Assembly: GCA_964016885.1 (NCBI GenBank)
Contig: OZ024754.1
Location: 39,556,001 to 39,620,000, forward strand
Length of the DNA stretch: 64,000 nt
Source of the DNA: Eledone cirrhosa
Taxonomy: Eukaryota
Direction: 5' to 3'
The position numbers were made by a program, and so were the translations under genes. The notes beneath the pieces are model-generated. The model did not search any database. It was not told the DNA's origin and saw only the letters and a list, made by a program, of their open reading frames with translations. This document shows, piece after piece, positions 1 to 14,269 of this stretch; the stretch's first letter is position 1, and each line of letters begins with the position of its first letter.

Positions 1-400
1 AATTTTCTAGAGGACGCCTGACCAGTACAGAGGAAATGGCTGGACAAACCCCAGTATTTGCTTATCTTCCTGTCCTCAGCATTGTGGGTCACAGTGCCAT
101 TCTTTGTGGCTGAAGTGACTAGATGGAGCAGAAAATGTGTCACAGCATGATGCGTTCCAGAAAAGGGATTTACCTACCTCAAATGGGAAGAGGGTAATTC
201 TGTTGGGGCACTTGCCATCTGTATGGTTGAGGCTTAATGGTTCCAGTTGTGATGGGAAGCCATTTATTGTATTCAGAATTGTTTTTTCTAACTTTTTATT
301 TGAGATGGAACCAGACTGGATGTTCAACATCCAGCCTCTGATCAAATCTTCACCACCAGAAAAATTCACTGGCCAGCCTGGAGCTCCAAGCTGATGTAGC
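1..400 (-). mobile_element. Decayed non-LTR retrotransposon fragment, restriction-like endonuclease region (CRE-like)
   Basis: LEPLSLNHTDGKCPNRITLFPFEVGKSLFWNASCCDTF resembles EPxGLxRxDGKRPDGxTLxPWxxGKxLxWDxTxxDT. Confidence 0.6.
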
Positions 401-1411
401 TAATGGAAATTTGCATCATTTCATTTTATGTCCGTTTTTCCCTGCTTGCAAGGGTGGGACGGGAACTGATTCTGGCTTGATTTCTACAGCTGGATGCCCT
501 TCCTAACACCAACCTCATTTACAGTGAGTGCTGGGTGCTTTTTTTGCCATGGTGCCTACACATCCACTTTGCAGTGGAATGATAGGGACCCCAGTCCCTA
601 TCATCTCATTTCTACAGCTGAGTAAACTGGAGCAATGTGAAATAAAGTGTCTTGCTCAAGGAAACAACACATCACCCGGTCTGAGAATTGAACCCGCAAC
701 CTTTCAATTGCAAGGCCAATGCTCTAACCACTAAGCCATGCGCCTCCATCAACCTAGAAAATCAAAGTGGGGACAACAGGAATTAAAGATTCAATGCCTC
801 AAAAGGTAATTCAAATCTTACTGGTGTGGACCTTTTCATTTGCTGTGAAGTGGACAATAACATATGTACTAGTGATCAACTGGAATCTATGCTTCTCCAA
901 CAAAGTTTGACCTCATTTATAGTCAAAACAAATGTACATATGTCAGAAATCACAATTAAATAAATCAGTATTAAACTGTTTTGAAAATAATCTGTTATAA
1001 TGTGAAAGTAGTTCTGGTTTGGAGTGAATTGGGGGTGTTTATGTATATGTACATGGTAATGAAACTGGCAAAATAAAGAAGAATTCCTCCCCGAGAGTAA
1101 AGTGTCAGTGTAGTTGAATAAGTTAACAGATAGAGGACCCATCACATTCTTTCAAATGATCAGAGGGTTCCTTAGTTAACTATCTTCTTTTACCTCTTGA
1201 GTGGAATAAGTTCAAAGAAGTATTACCTTATCTTTCTCAAGGGTAGATTGTATGATGGTGTATGTTTTATAATTAGGCGGGAAGGGATTAAAAGGAACCT
1301 TAATAGCAACAAGTAGTAAAAACAGACATTTTAAACAAAATTCAGCATGCCAACGAAACTTTGAAGTCAGTCAAATTGTATTTCGTTTGAAAATGTTATA
1401 TAAAATGATTG

Positions 1412-1445
<34 letters not shown>

Positions 1446-1664
1446 ATATGGTAATGAAACTGGCAAAATAAAGGGGAATTGGAGGGGTTTATGGTAATGA
1501 GACAAAATAAAGAGGTATTGAATTCAAACATGAAAGTTTCTTTATCTCTATCAAAGGTTTGTAAATGATTAATTTCTGGTTCTCTATTTTTTAAATATTA
1601 GAAACAATTGTCAACCCCACACCTAATATTCCCCCTCCATATACACGCACACATGTATATCATG

Positions 1665-1786
1665 ACTCATACGCTGTCACTCTCCTGACATTTGTATATT
1701 ATTCTATGTACTATACATGCACCTTTGACGAGTTGTAGTGCACCTGAGCACTGTACATAATAATTTCATTATTATCATTATTATTA
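1665..1786 (+). mobile_element. Probable LINE (L2-like) 3' end with (ATT)n tail; second copy 23388-23482
   Basis: Shared tactatacatgcacctttgaygagttgtagtgcacctgagcactgtaca followed by ATT repeats. Confidence 0.55.
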
Positions 1787-2029
1787 AATTTAAAATGTGT
1801 GGCACGTTTAAAGAAAAGATACGCATTATTATTGTAGATTGGTAGGTAGAGGGTTGGACGCCATGCTTCGCTGCAGAGTTATGGCCCTTTACAGTCTGAG
1901 TTCAAATCCCGTTGAAGTTAACTTTGCCTTTCATCCTTACGGGGGTCGATAAAATAAAGTACCAGTAATACACTGGGATAATTGCTGGCCTTGTGCCAAA
2001 AAGTAGAAACAATTATTATTGTTTTCTTT

Positions 2030-2392
2030 TTTCTTCTTCACCCAGTTATTCCAGTCCTCAAATACTCCCGCCAGCAGTTCCTATCATGAACAACCGTCTC
2101 CAACTGATCCGGCTAGATCCCCTAAGTGTGGCCAGCCAAGCTCATGGATGTTATCCAACCATCTTGCTCAGTGTCTACCCCTGGGTCTCCTGCCGGTTGG
2201 TTTTGTCTGTAAAATCTGTCCAGCAATTCTTTTCTGAGACATTCTAACCACATTGTAGTATCAAAGCTGTGATTTCTCAATTCAGAGAAGTATTGGCTCT
2301 ACCTGGAGTGACACTCTGATCTCTAAACTATGCACTCTATTGAGTAACATTACTCCAAAGACCTTTCGGAGGAATTCCATTTTGGTCGTTTG
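2030..2392 (-). mobile_element. Same RTE family, truncated copy
   Basis: Reverse-complement similarity to 25850-26240. Confidence 0.8.
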
Positions 2393-3875
2393 TGTTGTTT
2401 TCATTGAATAGGTTAATGAGTGAGATGTGGTATTCTCTATATTGTTGCCAGTACTGTGCTCTGTCCATGGTTAATATGCTTAAATCATAATGACTCAGTC
2501 TATCTAATTATAGACAGGTATCACATTGTGGAAGGTTTCATCAAAGTAAAATTAATCTCCCCTAACCTACACACATCTAAATACTACCTCTTCATGTCAA
2601 CTAACAGGTCAGAGTTTTATTAATTGTACGCTAATTATCCCTGACTGCAATTATGTTTCAGCCCTGACCCTTCTGAGACAGTTAAGCAAGAGGTTACATC
2701 CACCCCCATAAACATACACCTCATCACGGACAAATCAAAGTTCATAACACCAAATCATTTTTTTGATACCAACCTATGTTGAGTTCAATGAAACAAAACC
2801 ACTTATTTCAAAGGATTCCTATTTAAATTAACCCTTTCGTTAATTTAAATAGCCTGGCTCTCATCACCATTTGACGTCCATTTTCCACGCTTAATCCACC
2901 CATTTTAAAGGTTTCCAATTTAAATTAAAATCTTCCAACATAATTTCATATGAGAACTTTACATTGTTACTATCTTAGTAATGAAATAATTAATAATCTT
3001 AGTAAATCCCTCAAAATTCTTCATTAATTAAAATAGTGTATATTCCATTTGAAATGTGGTCATGAAAGAGCTCAATATTTCCAACATAATTCTATATAAG
3101 AACCTTTTGTTATATTACAAATACTATGTTAAAGATGTAACGATAATTTTAGTAAATCCTTCCAAATTTTTCTTTAATGAATTAAAAAACAATGTATTTC
3201 ATTGAAAACATGGCCACAAATGGTTAAAGAGAGAAAACACTCCAGCTCCCAAACCACACTCCACCCGAAATAACTGCTGACTCTTCAAAACTCAACTGAG
3301 ATCCACAATGGTGTATTGTTCCCATATTTGGTAGAACACTGCTTCTCACAAAAATCCTGTTTATTTTAATGTATTTATATTTATCTAAAAACCTTCCATC
3401 ATAATTTTATGTAAGAACTTTTGTTATGTTCCAGACATAAAGTTTAGTAACGAGAAAGTCATATTACTAAATCTCTCCGAACTCCTGATTATTTTCAAAA
3501 TTATTTGAAAATCATAGGCAGTGTTTATCATTAGCAATATGGAAACAAAAGGGTTAAAAATCAAGATATAAAAACGTTCTGTATCCTTTAGTACATGTTG
3601 ATTTTAAGTTAAAACATTTAAACTTTTGAGAGTAAAATGTATTTTTACTTTTTTCAAAAGAGATTATCGAATAGATATTTTCATTTATCATGAACTAAGA
3701 AAAGAGAATCTTTATTTATATATATATAAAGAGTATTTTAAAAACAATTTTCAGTTTTAGGACATAAAATAGATTTTTTAAAATGATATTTTAATAAAAA
3801 TTGAAAAAAAAAAAATAATGTGGTATGTTTTATTAATTTTTAGTGATAATGAATTTTCCAGTACAAGTGTCAGAA

Positions 3876-3948
3876 TTAATTTAATGAACAGTCATGAGGA
3901 AAAGTAGCAGTCCATGGAGGTACGACGATGATCTGTGAGTAATGACAT
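3876..3948 (-). CDS. PHF10: PHF10 putative last coding exon (RCHYSQIIVVPPWTATFPHDCSLN*)
   Basis: Strong acceptor tttcttttgtatattttcAG, phase-2 compatible, TAA at 3878-3876, AATAAA at 3834-3829; peptide not recognisably conserved. Confidence 0.6.
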
Positions 3949-4395
3949 CTGAAAATATACAAAAGAAATGAGATTGTGTGTCAGTTATAATACAGATATG
4001 CAAGGATGTAAAAACGATGATATTGATGATGATAATGATGATGATTATGATTAACATAATATGGATAATACAAATTTGGACTCTGTGAAGAAGTGAAAAT
4101 CTACAGATTAGTGTAGAATAAAAAATATTAAAATATTGTTGAACAAAAGGATGAAGAGAAAAGATGGCATGACAGTTGTGGTAGTTGAATATTTTTGTGG
4201 GGTGGAGTGGTGGTGGTATGAATACCAGTAAAAATGTTAGTGTAGATATTCGGATGATGATGATGTTACAACTCTTGGCTATGTAGGTTTAGCTGGCTTT
4301 CATATTGCATCTCATAAGAGGTTTCTTTAGTGTTTTAATGATAGGGACCTCGGTCTGAGTATGAAAAAAACTTCCTCCACCCCCAGACCAGATGC

Positions 4396-4505
4396 CAGTC
4401 CTATCATGAAAAGACTGCTTACTAGTCAAGGGACCCAGTTCTATCATGAAAAGACTGCCTCCTGATCATGGACCCAGTCCTATCATAAAGACTGCTTGCT
4501 GGTCA
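4396..4505. repeat. ~40-bp tandem repeat x3
   Basis: cagtcctatcatgaaaagactgc recurring. Confidence 0.85.
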
Positions 4506-5375
4506 CATATCTTTCATCAGAGTGGACTGGAGCAACATGAAATGACGTGTCTTGCTCAAGAACACAATGTGCCGCCTGATTAAGGAATAAAACCCATAGC
4601 CTTATGATCATAAGTCCTATACTCTACCCACTAAGTCATGAGCTTTCACTTATACCTGGATGTTGAGAGAATGGCAGAAACTGAACAACTGTCCTGAGAG
4701 TAAATTCATCTCCAATCAAAACATAATGATAATGAGGGGATGTAAATAATGTACAGTACCTGATATAATCTTGATTTCCTACAGTTAGCATTGTCAGCAA
4801 ATTTTCTGTCTGCGGTAAACTTTTCTGAAAGTTTATAAAATATAATCAACAAAAAATTCATAAAATAAGGAAGAAAATCAAAGAGATGGCTTAATACTAA
4901 AACAATTAACACAATTTCAAAGGACATTTTAACTAAATTTAGGAAGAAAGCTGATTAAATTAGGCCAGGGTTTGTGAAATACGGTGTCATTTCACCCTTT
5001 AGCATTTAAACAGGCCAGAATTCTCTCACCTCTTTCTGTTCAAACTGGCTATAACTAGCTGTTCACACTTATGTTAGAGTATTGTTCTCAAAATGAATAA
5101 TATCAAAATGTCATAGATTCGATATTATGTGAGGTAAAGCAACAAAATCTAATTGGATATATAAAGTAATGTAAATGCTAAAGGGTTAAACAATCTAAAG
5201 CACATTTATTTAACATAATTTCTTTAAAATTACTAGACTTGAAAAAAATTAAATACTGGGGTTGATATGGTCGACTAAATCCCTTATCTCAGGGTGATGA
5301 GTCTAAAGCAGGTTAGCATGATATATAAACAGACCCTGAGAGCACACCATTCAGGAGGTATAGAAGCCTCTATGT

Positions 5376-5503
5376 CAGGCATGTCAAACTGAGGGTCCCC
5401 CCAAGGGCCACATGGGTCACATATGACAACTAATATTGTTCTTATTTTATATTACACCCGCACTGTAAAAACCTTTGTGCGGGCCGCATGTTTGACATGC
5501 CTG
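5376..5503. mobile_element. hAT-type MITE
   Basis: 14-bp TIR CAGGCATGTCAAAC and perfect 8-bp TSD CTCTATGT (5368-5375, 5504-5511). Confidence 0.92.
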
Positions 5504-5656
5504 CTCTATGTGGTTCTTTGAGCTGCTAGAAATAGCAGTGAAACCTCCCTCAAACCACATATTAGACAGCATAGTCTCAATCTAATGATTGAAACTGATA
5601 AAAGAACAATAGAAAGAATATCACTGGGGAAAGAGAAAATTGATAAATGACAGTAC

Positions 5657-5865
5657 CTGATTTTGACTGGTAATGGTGACTGTGCTACAAATGATGAAAG
5701 GTGTGCTGGTGATGCTGCAGTTGATGAGGGGGTGTATCTGGGTGATAATACAGGCTCTGTTTCTTTACAACTAGTACATTCCCACCGACCTGTTGGAATT
5801 GCTTTAAGGCCCACACAAAATGTATGATAGCCTCGGTCGCATCTGTCACAGAACATCATTTTATC
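5657..5865 (-). CDS. PHF10: PHF10 exon 13, PHD2 ([33 protein letters not shown]...)
   Basis: [18 protein letters not shown]...GRWxC typical of PHF10; donor AG|GTACTG phase 2 (3' boundary less certain). Confidence 0.95.
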
Positions 5866-5960
5866 CTGGAACAAGAAGATATATATAATAATAAAATAGC
5901 AAATTAAATTTTAATAAAAAAAAAAAAATCAACAAAATTCTAAGTTATTTTAACTTTTAA

Positions 5961-6516
5961 CATCCTGCAATGACTCAGCAGAAAATACCTAAAAACGGGT
6001 TTCATAATATCTATAGTACCTTTAGTAGTGGATATATTGTGAAAATTTGTAAAGACTATTTTTTAATGTGATTCAGTCATAGTGCTGTTTTATACTTTTC
6101 AGCAATATCTTTGCTAATGTCGTTTAATGTGATACAGGATATTAAAAGTTATTAGGAAATATTAAAGTCTGGAAGTATCGAAGTTTGTACTTGAATCCAA
6201 AATAATAAAACTTATCTTTTGGATAACAAAACATTTTGCATCAATCCTAAAATTATTTTGTATTTGAAATTAAAAGAAAGAAACAATTTCTGCAAGTTGA
6301 GATTATGTATGAGAAAGACTGTTTGTACTAAATTCCTGTGAAATTAATTCAGAAATATCTTAGATGACAAATTTAAAGTACAAAACATCACTATGACTAT
6401 ATCACATTAATAATTAAAGATTTTAGTCTCACTGCAAATTTTCACAGTAACCCACTAGTATAGATACCATAAATATTTGAATTAATAAACATATTTTAGA
6501 CATTTTCTGCAGGATG
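5961..6516. mobile_element. Possible TTAA-flanked non-autonomous DNA transposon
   Basis: TTAA|CATCCTGCA...TGCAGGATG|TTAA; single copy in window. Confidence 0.5.
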
Positions 6517-6757
6517 TTAAGAGTTAACTGGCAAGGCATCACATATCAACTGACCAGAGGTAACAGGACAAGAAATAATTTATTACTTATCTACCAACCA
6601 TTTCTCTAGTTAGTGAACATTTTCTTAACTCTTTGATTCAGTAATGTCATGATAGTCAACAAATTGAATATTTTTTTTTACTGAGATATAATGTACACCA
6701 TCTGATACAGAAAACAGATCTTTGCTACTTTAAATATGTTTACTAAGAGATTTTCAC

Positions 6758-7035
6758 ACAATGTACAGTGTGCACATGTGTAGTACCTCTAAGATGTGTA
6801 TGTCTAACAACACACACTATGTGTACCTGTATATCTGTAAGATGTGTATGTCTAACAACACATACAGTGTGTACGTCTAACAACACACACAATGTGTACA
6901 TGTATATCTGTAAGCTATGTATGTCTAATAACACACACAATGTGTACATGTATATCTCTAAGCTGTGTATGTCTAATAACACACACAATGTGTACATGTA
7001 TATCTCTAAGCTGTGTATGTCTAACAACACACATT
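6758..7035. repeat. 48-bp minisatellite, ~5.5 copies
   Basis: aatgtgtacatgtatatctctaagctgtgtatgtctaataacacacac. Confidence 0.95.
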
Positions 7036-7412
7036 CAGAGATGCACATATTTAAAGTGTGGTTTGGTAATTCAAGAAATACAAAAGCTAGTAAGGACACA
7101 TGTACATGCATATGCTTGTGCATGTACAGTTTTATTGATTTAACCCTTTAGCATTCACATTATTCTATATATACTATTATATTTTCATGGTAAAGGCTTT
7201 ACCTCACATAATTATCTCACAAAATATCGAATCTATGAGATTTTGAAAGTATTTATTTTGAGAATACCTTAATATCAGTTTGAGCAACCAGTTACAGCCA
7301 GTTTCAACAGAAATAGGTAGAGAATTCTGGCTGGTTTGAACATTAAAGGGTTAAGTCCTAGCCCAACAGTGTGTATGGACTAACATCTGAATTTACAGGC
7401 TTTACCAACAAA

Positions 7413-7566
7413 GTCAGGACAGGAAAATAAATGTCTTTATTCTGTAGGTGTATGTCCAATATGAAGACCCATGGCTTAATGGCTAGGATGTCAGGACAGG
7501 AAAATAAATGTCTTTATTCTGTAGGTATATGTCCAATATGAAGACCCATGTCTTAATGGCTAGGAT
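7413..7566. repeat. 77-bp tandem duplication including a SINE head
   Basis: gtcaggacaggaaaataaatg...ggctaggat twice. Confidence 0.95.
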
Positions 7567-8034
7567 GTCTGGCCCATGAGTGTAAGACCACGAATCTAAT
7601 TCCCAGCTACACATTGTGTTCTTGAGTAAGTCACATTATTTCATATTGCTCCAGTCACATCTGCCAGACACTGTTAAACTGGATCTTTCTGAGAACTACA
7701 TTAATTTGAGTAGGCTGTTCCATTGATTGACTCAACAGGAGTACTTGTTAGAAGTGACAGAGGCCCAACAACATATGCCCTTTATTTTGAAAATTGTACA
7801 TAAAATAAAGATACTTCCATTATTTCTCACAACTATAGATAGAAACTAACTTAGATACCAGTATATAATATTGTTTCTACTTTTGGCACAAGGCCAGCAA
7901 TTACCCAGTGCATTACTGGTACTTTATTTTATCGACCCCGTAAGGATGAAAGCTAAAGTTAACCTCGGTGGGATTTGAACTCAGACTGTAAAGGGACGTA
8001 ACTACGCCTTTATATACCAGTATATATCAATTGT

Positions 8035-8285
8035 GGACATAGCTTGAATGAATGCTTAAGAGGTTTGTTTTGCAATCATTAGGTCCTTGGTTTGATCCCA
8101 CTACTTGGCATCTTGGGGAGGTGTCATTTACCATAGACTCGAGATGACCCAAGCCTTGTGATTGAATTTGGGTAGACAGAAACTGTTTAGAAGCCCACTA
8201 GATAGACTGTACCTGTGATTCAAAGGGACAGCCTTGCCATACTGAATCTCCCTGAGAACTACGTTAAGAGTAAACATGTGCAGAA
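8035..8285 (+). mobile_element. Older tRNA-derived SINE family E; copies ~17940-18085(-), 35825-36030(+), 50010-50150(-)
   Basis: Shared gccttgtga...gaatttggtagacagaaactg...gaagccc. Confidence 0.65.
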
Positions 8286-11119
8286 TGTGATAATATGAAT
8301 TACAATGGCTTTATGCCATTGTAGCCCAATTCTTTTTTTACATTTTACACATACTAAATTAATTAATCATGCAGATTAAACAACGAGACAGAGTAAATTA
8401 GTTTAAGTGTGTTTAATTATTGCAGAGTAGATTGCATGCACAAGAGTTCCAATTCTAAGTGAAGTACATGTCATACATACAGACTGGATAATAAAACCAG
8501 TAGTGACCAGTAACAAAACTATATGTGATAGGTTTAATGCTAATTATAATTAGTTAAGTGATCTAGGTTTATTAGTAAAACAGAGAAGTTAGTAACTGAC
8601 AAAGCTACAGTTAAAAAAGTGAAGATATTCTAATGCCAACCACCAGTTTTTAATTTATACATGATAACATTGGTGGTAAAACTATCAAGCTGCAACATGA
8701 CAGAAAATATTCAAGAGAAATGGAAAAAAAAAAAAGAAACATTTCACGTTTTTAGAAGAAATTTATCATTCACAATGATTGGTAGGTGCAAATTAGCAGA
8801 AAACAGTTTGAATTGTGCAAGAAATCAAATAGATTTCAAGAGTAATGCAAGAAACTTATGATATATTAAATGGATAATGATTTTAAAAATTAGGAATTAG
8901 TTATTGCGGAATGTGCTGAAAACAAAAATGAAATTACAATTCCTTTTGTTGGCAGAAACAAAGAGGCTTGTGATGACCTTATTAAGACCACTTAAATATT
9001 TTTCTTTGAAGATTATAGACATTATCAGTCAGTTCTATGGAATATAGAGAGATATCTTATGAATATTTGAATCTGTATATTGGAATATACTCTTTCAGAA
9101 ACTATAGTTATTGTTTGAATTACCATCAATTTAATTATTACAAATATCCACTTGCTGGTACTATTATTGATAAAAATGCTATATATAGACAAAGCAGAGG
9201 GCCCATAAACATGTATAAAGCATTATTATTGAGATATCTTGAGATATAAGACTAATTTAGGTGATGAATCTAACACTTGATCATATATTTCTAGTGATTA
9301 AACAGTAGGTATAAGCTTTTTAGTACTGATGCCATAATAAAATGCACCATGTATAGTTTATTAAGTAGTTGGTGTTAGGAAGGGCATTCAGCTGTAAAAA
9401 TCATGCCAAACACATATCAGCATGGAAAGCACATGTAAAATGATGATGATACACACACCCAAGTGATATTTTCTTCAAACACCAATAAATTAAAATATAT
9501 TTTAAATCAAACTACTTTTATTTTTCTCCATACAGTATATCTTTTAGAGATATACAAAGTCTCTGATATTTATTTGTAATCAAAGATTTATATATATATT
9601 AATTATTACGTATTAGAAAATATTTTCCTTTCATTACATGTTTAATAATACTTTTTTTAAATTAAAACTTTAAATGTTAAAACATTTCAGTCTTTTGACA
9701 AGAATGCCAGTTGTTTCCATAGACAATGTCATTTGAAAACTGTTATGGAAGTGATCATTTTTAGAAGACTAAATCAGAAGACTGGTTTCTTTTGACTGAC
9801 ACACAGACCGGTTTTATAATGTAACATTAGTATATTACTGGTACTTATTTCATCATCATCCTTGAAAGGATGAATTGGAAATAATCTAACACTGTAACAT
9901 ATTTATTTGATTAGTCACTGACATTTCTGTCAATTTAATGTCTTTTGTCTTTCTTGTATAACTTATTACTACGGTTGGTTAGTTGAGTGAAAATCAAGAT
10001 ATATTAAAGAAATTCCAGTGAAAAAATGTTCATGCAAGTAACCTCAACAATCTGTATAAAATATAGAATTCAATCAAAATGTAAGAAATTAATCATATCT
10101 TTTATTATTAATAAATATATTAGAAAAAATATTAGTTTGGTTAAAGTTTTTTTCACGCATTTTAGTATGGCTGGTTAATAAAAAAAGAACATTAGTTCAT
10201 TAAGAAAATAAATAAATGTATTAAGATGCAAAGCAATTAATTAGATTACCAAAGAAACCTCACTGAATTTTATTTAAAGAAAGAAACTTAATAATTCACA
10301 TTAAACCAAGTCAAATAAATAATCGCAGCAGTTGAATGCTAAATTCATGAAATATATTTCAAATTGAATGAGAGAAAAAGTCTATTTTAGTTGGCTACAA
10401 ACAAGAAAGTAGACATCATGGAAGTTTATATTAATCCTTTCAAGAAGAATAGAATGAATACAGAACAATAGGAAATCCTCGAGTTGCTCAGCTCAACTGA
10501 AAAATATTGGATACAAGTTGAAATTGGCCCACAATAATTTTCAAACTACATTACTCTTTTGATATATTTCCAGAAAATTTTAAGATACTTAAGAAAAAAA
10601 TAGTATGTTGCTGTTGATTTTTATAAATGATTTATGAATAAAATGTATACTACAATCAATGTTTCTATTAAAATATTGTAATTCGTTAAAAAGATTAAAT
10701 GCCAACTAAATATTTTATTTATAAAGGGTCCTGAAACATCAAACATTAATGTTATATATCATCATCGTTTAACGTCCCTTTTCCACACTAGCATGGGTTA
10801 GATGGGTTGTCCCGTTTGAGGCAAGTCAAGTCAGGTTACTATGTCTTTCTCTTACAAAACTGTTACTGGTTTGGTTTCTATGGCCAGATGCCCTTTCTAA
10901 TGCCAACCACAGTGTGTGTAAAATATAAATATATATATACACAATTTTTTATATTAGAAATATGATAGTGAAATAATCCTTGTTCAACAATAGAGTTAAA
11001 TATCTTGTTGAAGGTCACAATATAATAGTAATATATTGACTGACTCTCAGAAGTGTAGATATAGCTATAATTTTCCTTCTCTTAACATACTACCTATTCT
11101 TCATAAACCAGTTCCTTAA

Positions 11120-11329
11120 CCCTTTAATGTTCAAACTGGCCAAAATTCTCTACCTCTTTCTGTTGAAACTGGCTGTAACTGGTCGCTCAAACTGATGTTA
11201 AGGTATTGTTCTCAAAATAAATACTTTCAAAATCTCATAGATTCGATATTATGTGAGATAATTATGAGCAGTAAAGCCTTTACCATGAAAATATAATAGT
11301 GTATATAAAATAATGTGAATGCTAAAGGG
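11120..11329. mobile_element. piggyBac-type MITE family 1; copies 4995-5185, 7144-7350, 24366-24559, 31575-31774, partials ~48570 and ~57955
   Basis: TTAA|CCCTTTA...TAAAGGG|TTAA termini and shared internal sequence. Confidence 0.88.
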
Positions 11330-13473
11330 TTAAAATTCTGCTGTAGTTTTCACAGATTCTCTGAAACCTTCTAAGATGTTTACTGAACAGAAACATTAAT
11401 AAAATCTACAATTGCTGTTGTCAATTTAAGAACACTCATGGGAGACCATTGTGTTAATGAGTAACTTGCTGTGTTTCTTGTGACATCAGACCACATTTAG
11501 CTAGATATCAAATAAACCAGACAAAATCTAAGTTAAGTGAGTGACTGTCAGTGTTGACTTCCACTAACATCTTTGGGTCTTATAAAAGCTTATATTCCAA
11601 GTGTGACAGATGAGACTAGCACACTGCTCAAAGACAGTTGATTCACCATAAATATATGTGCTGGTAAAGACCTGTCCAACCCATGCAAGCATGGAAGAGT
11701 GGCCATAAAATGATGATGATTATATATGTATACATATACATTAACCCTCTACCATTAGTTAACTTAGACAATCAGCTGAAACAGACACTTTTCTGCCCCC
11801 TCTTAATTCACTTTAATAAGGATTCACAGTATTGATTCAGAGTCCACAGATATTTCCTCATATTCCTTGTATTTTGTAGCAAATGTAATTTGTAATCACT
11901 TCTACTTTACCAGTTGCTATAGATAGACTATCAATTCCTAAAACATGTCAGGTGGCAGCATATATAGGTTCCCTTCAATCATGATTGGCCATGGGCTTAT
12001 ACATGGAAAGTGTCACTCCAAGGAGTAAACCAGGAAAAAATGTATTGTGAAAGACTAGCAATTGCCCATCCATGCATGCCAGTCTCTCCTTTCCGTGTCA
12101 CTGTTGAGGTCCAAGGGAAAGGTAAAGTCTGACTAAACTTGGCATCAATGTTGTCTCAATTTATTTTTTCTAACTGACTGAACTGGAACAATGTGAAATA
12201 ATTGTTTCTACTTTTGGCACAAGGCCAGCAATTATCCCAGTACATTACTGGTACTTTATTTTATCAACCTTGTAAGGATGGAAGGCAAAGTTAACCTTGG
12301 CGGGATTTGAACTCAAGACATAAATTATGTTGCAAAGCATGGCGTCCGACCCTCGACCGATACTGCCAATCCACTGAAAGACACAACACACTGCCAGTCT
12401 TGGAATCAAACTCACAACCTTATGATCATAAGTTCAGCACCCTAACCACATAGAATCTTCCTAACATAGTAGTTAAAGAATAATGCACAGTGGAGGCGTG
12501 AAACGTTTAGTCATGCTCCTCTATATCACAAGGTTTTTAAACTTAATATATAATACCACAACCATTAAGTATTTTAAAACTACATAAACATTAATAACTT
12601 TATCTCCATTATTTAATCCTAACTAATTATAGTGGTTACAATATATAAATAAAACTAACCTAGAAGCAATATTATAAATCATACGTATGTATATACAAAC
12701 ATACTTAGGTCTGTGTGTATGTGTTTGCGTGTGTGTAAATAAATCAAAAGAGTAGTGGAGTAAGTTTTTTCAAGATAACATTGTTTTCTTTTCTTTTTTT
12801 ACTATTTTTTCTTAAAAAGAAATATTTCATTTAATATAAAATGAAATAAAATCACATTTCTTAGATTCCTGTGAAATAAAGACCTGACTATATTAGTATA
12901 AAAAACCTAACCTTCAGGTAACAATTTCAAAAAGTTAATAAAAACGATGAAATAAAAACAAAAATCAGATCATTTTGGTAGTTGTTGATGATAGCTTGAG
13001 GTATTTCAACAAACTAGAGAGAACGGCCTTAATATTATTGATATACAAAATGTAAACTAAGTGTAAGTGTAAGCATAAGCAGATATATTGAAGCCAAGGA
13101 AAAGATTCACAACAAAGAACCAACATAAAATTATGAATTGGAGAACAATAAGGAATTCCAAGCTACTGATCAGTGCAAGAAATACAATAAGAAATGATTC
13201 AAGCTTTGGTAAAACTAAATCTGTTTGAAGACGTTTCAAAGATACAGTCGAACTTGACGCCAATTAGAATAGACTTAACAAGCAACAAGATCCCTTAAAC
13301 ACTGGCAGTAGACTGATGAAGGGTTCCACTTTCTAAATTCAATGCCAACAAAGACTAAGGAATAATTGCAATATACAAATGCTGGGGTGCTGACCATATA
13401 GTGCATCGTGGGAGAACTATCTTATAGTAGAGGATCTACCCTGTGAAGCCAGGGCATACATTAGAACACCTAC

Positions 13474-13586
13474 CTCATCATAAGGATCCATACATTGAAC
13501 ACATGTCTTGCACTCCATGCACTGCCAGGGATAATTCTTGATAATAGACACCATTGCTTTGGTCAAATCCAAGCAAGCGGGGTGAC
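13474..13586 (-). CDS. PHF10: PHF10 exon 12, PHD1 C-half and PHD2 start (GHPACLDL...YPWQCMECKTCVQCMDPYDE)
   Basis: DPF signature GHPxCL...WQCMECKTC; ctgcAG acceptor and GTAGGT donor. Confidence 0.97.
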
Positions 13587-14269
13587 CTGCAGAGGGCAAT
13601 AAAACATGCACAAAACTCAAATCAACAAAATTGAATGGACAGATGTTTACAAGCAAATTATAGTGATACACGAGAGAGAGAGAGAGAAAAAGAGAAAGAG
13701 AGAGAGAGAGAGGTTTCAAAGATGCCAGCAGGAGATAGTAGTTAGCAAAATCTATTAGCATTTCGGCCATCTTGCCTCGAGGAAAGTGCAAGAAAAATTA
13801 TAAATCTGCCATGCAATAAATAAGATATGCAGAGGTTACAAAATCTGAGTTAGTACCATAGTTATATGCGAGTAACAGGTGGCTAAATAAAATAAAATTA
13901 CCCACACTAAAAGCAGATTTAGACTAATGCGGTAGGCAATATAGATATAACAAAAGTTACCAAATATATACAATATTCACGTCATCCTTACATTTGTTAA
14001 TTTGGAGGTGCCATCTGTTTTAGTATATACACCGAGTTCTAAAAAGTTTACAGAAAATAGGAGGAACAATTTAACATATAGCTTTTTATTTAGATTATTT
14101 AATGTTTAGAAAACCTTGATGAAATTTAATCTGACATCAACTTTATTCATCTCTCCCAAATCTTTAATAAAACAACATATGAAAAGAAGAAAAAAATTCA
14201 ATTATTTTTAATTACTAACAGATAATTTGTGAAGGAAACATGGCAGGAAAAAAAAAAAATTAAATAAAA

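Noticed and set aside
6743-7151. Overlapping 83-127 aa ORFs on both strands
   Set aside because: Products of a 48-bp intronic minisatellite
13313-13340. CTGATGAAGGG motif; also CTGATGA at ~28254 and ~35795
   Set aside because: No correctly placed GAAAC after a stem II
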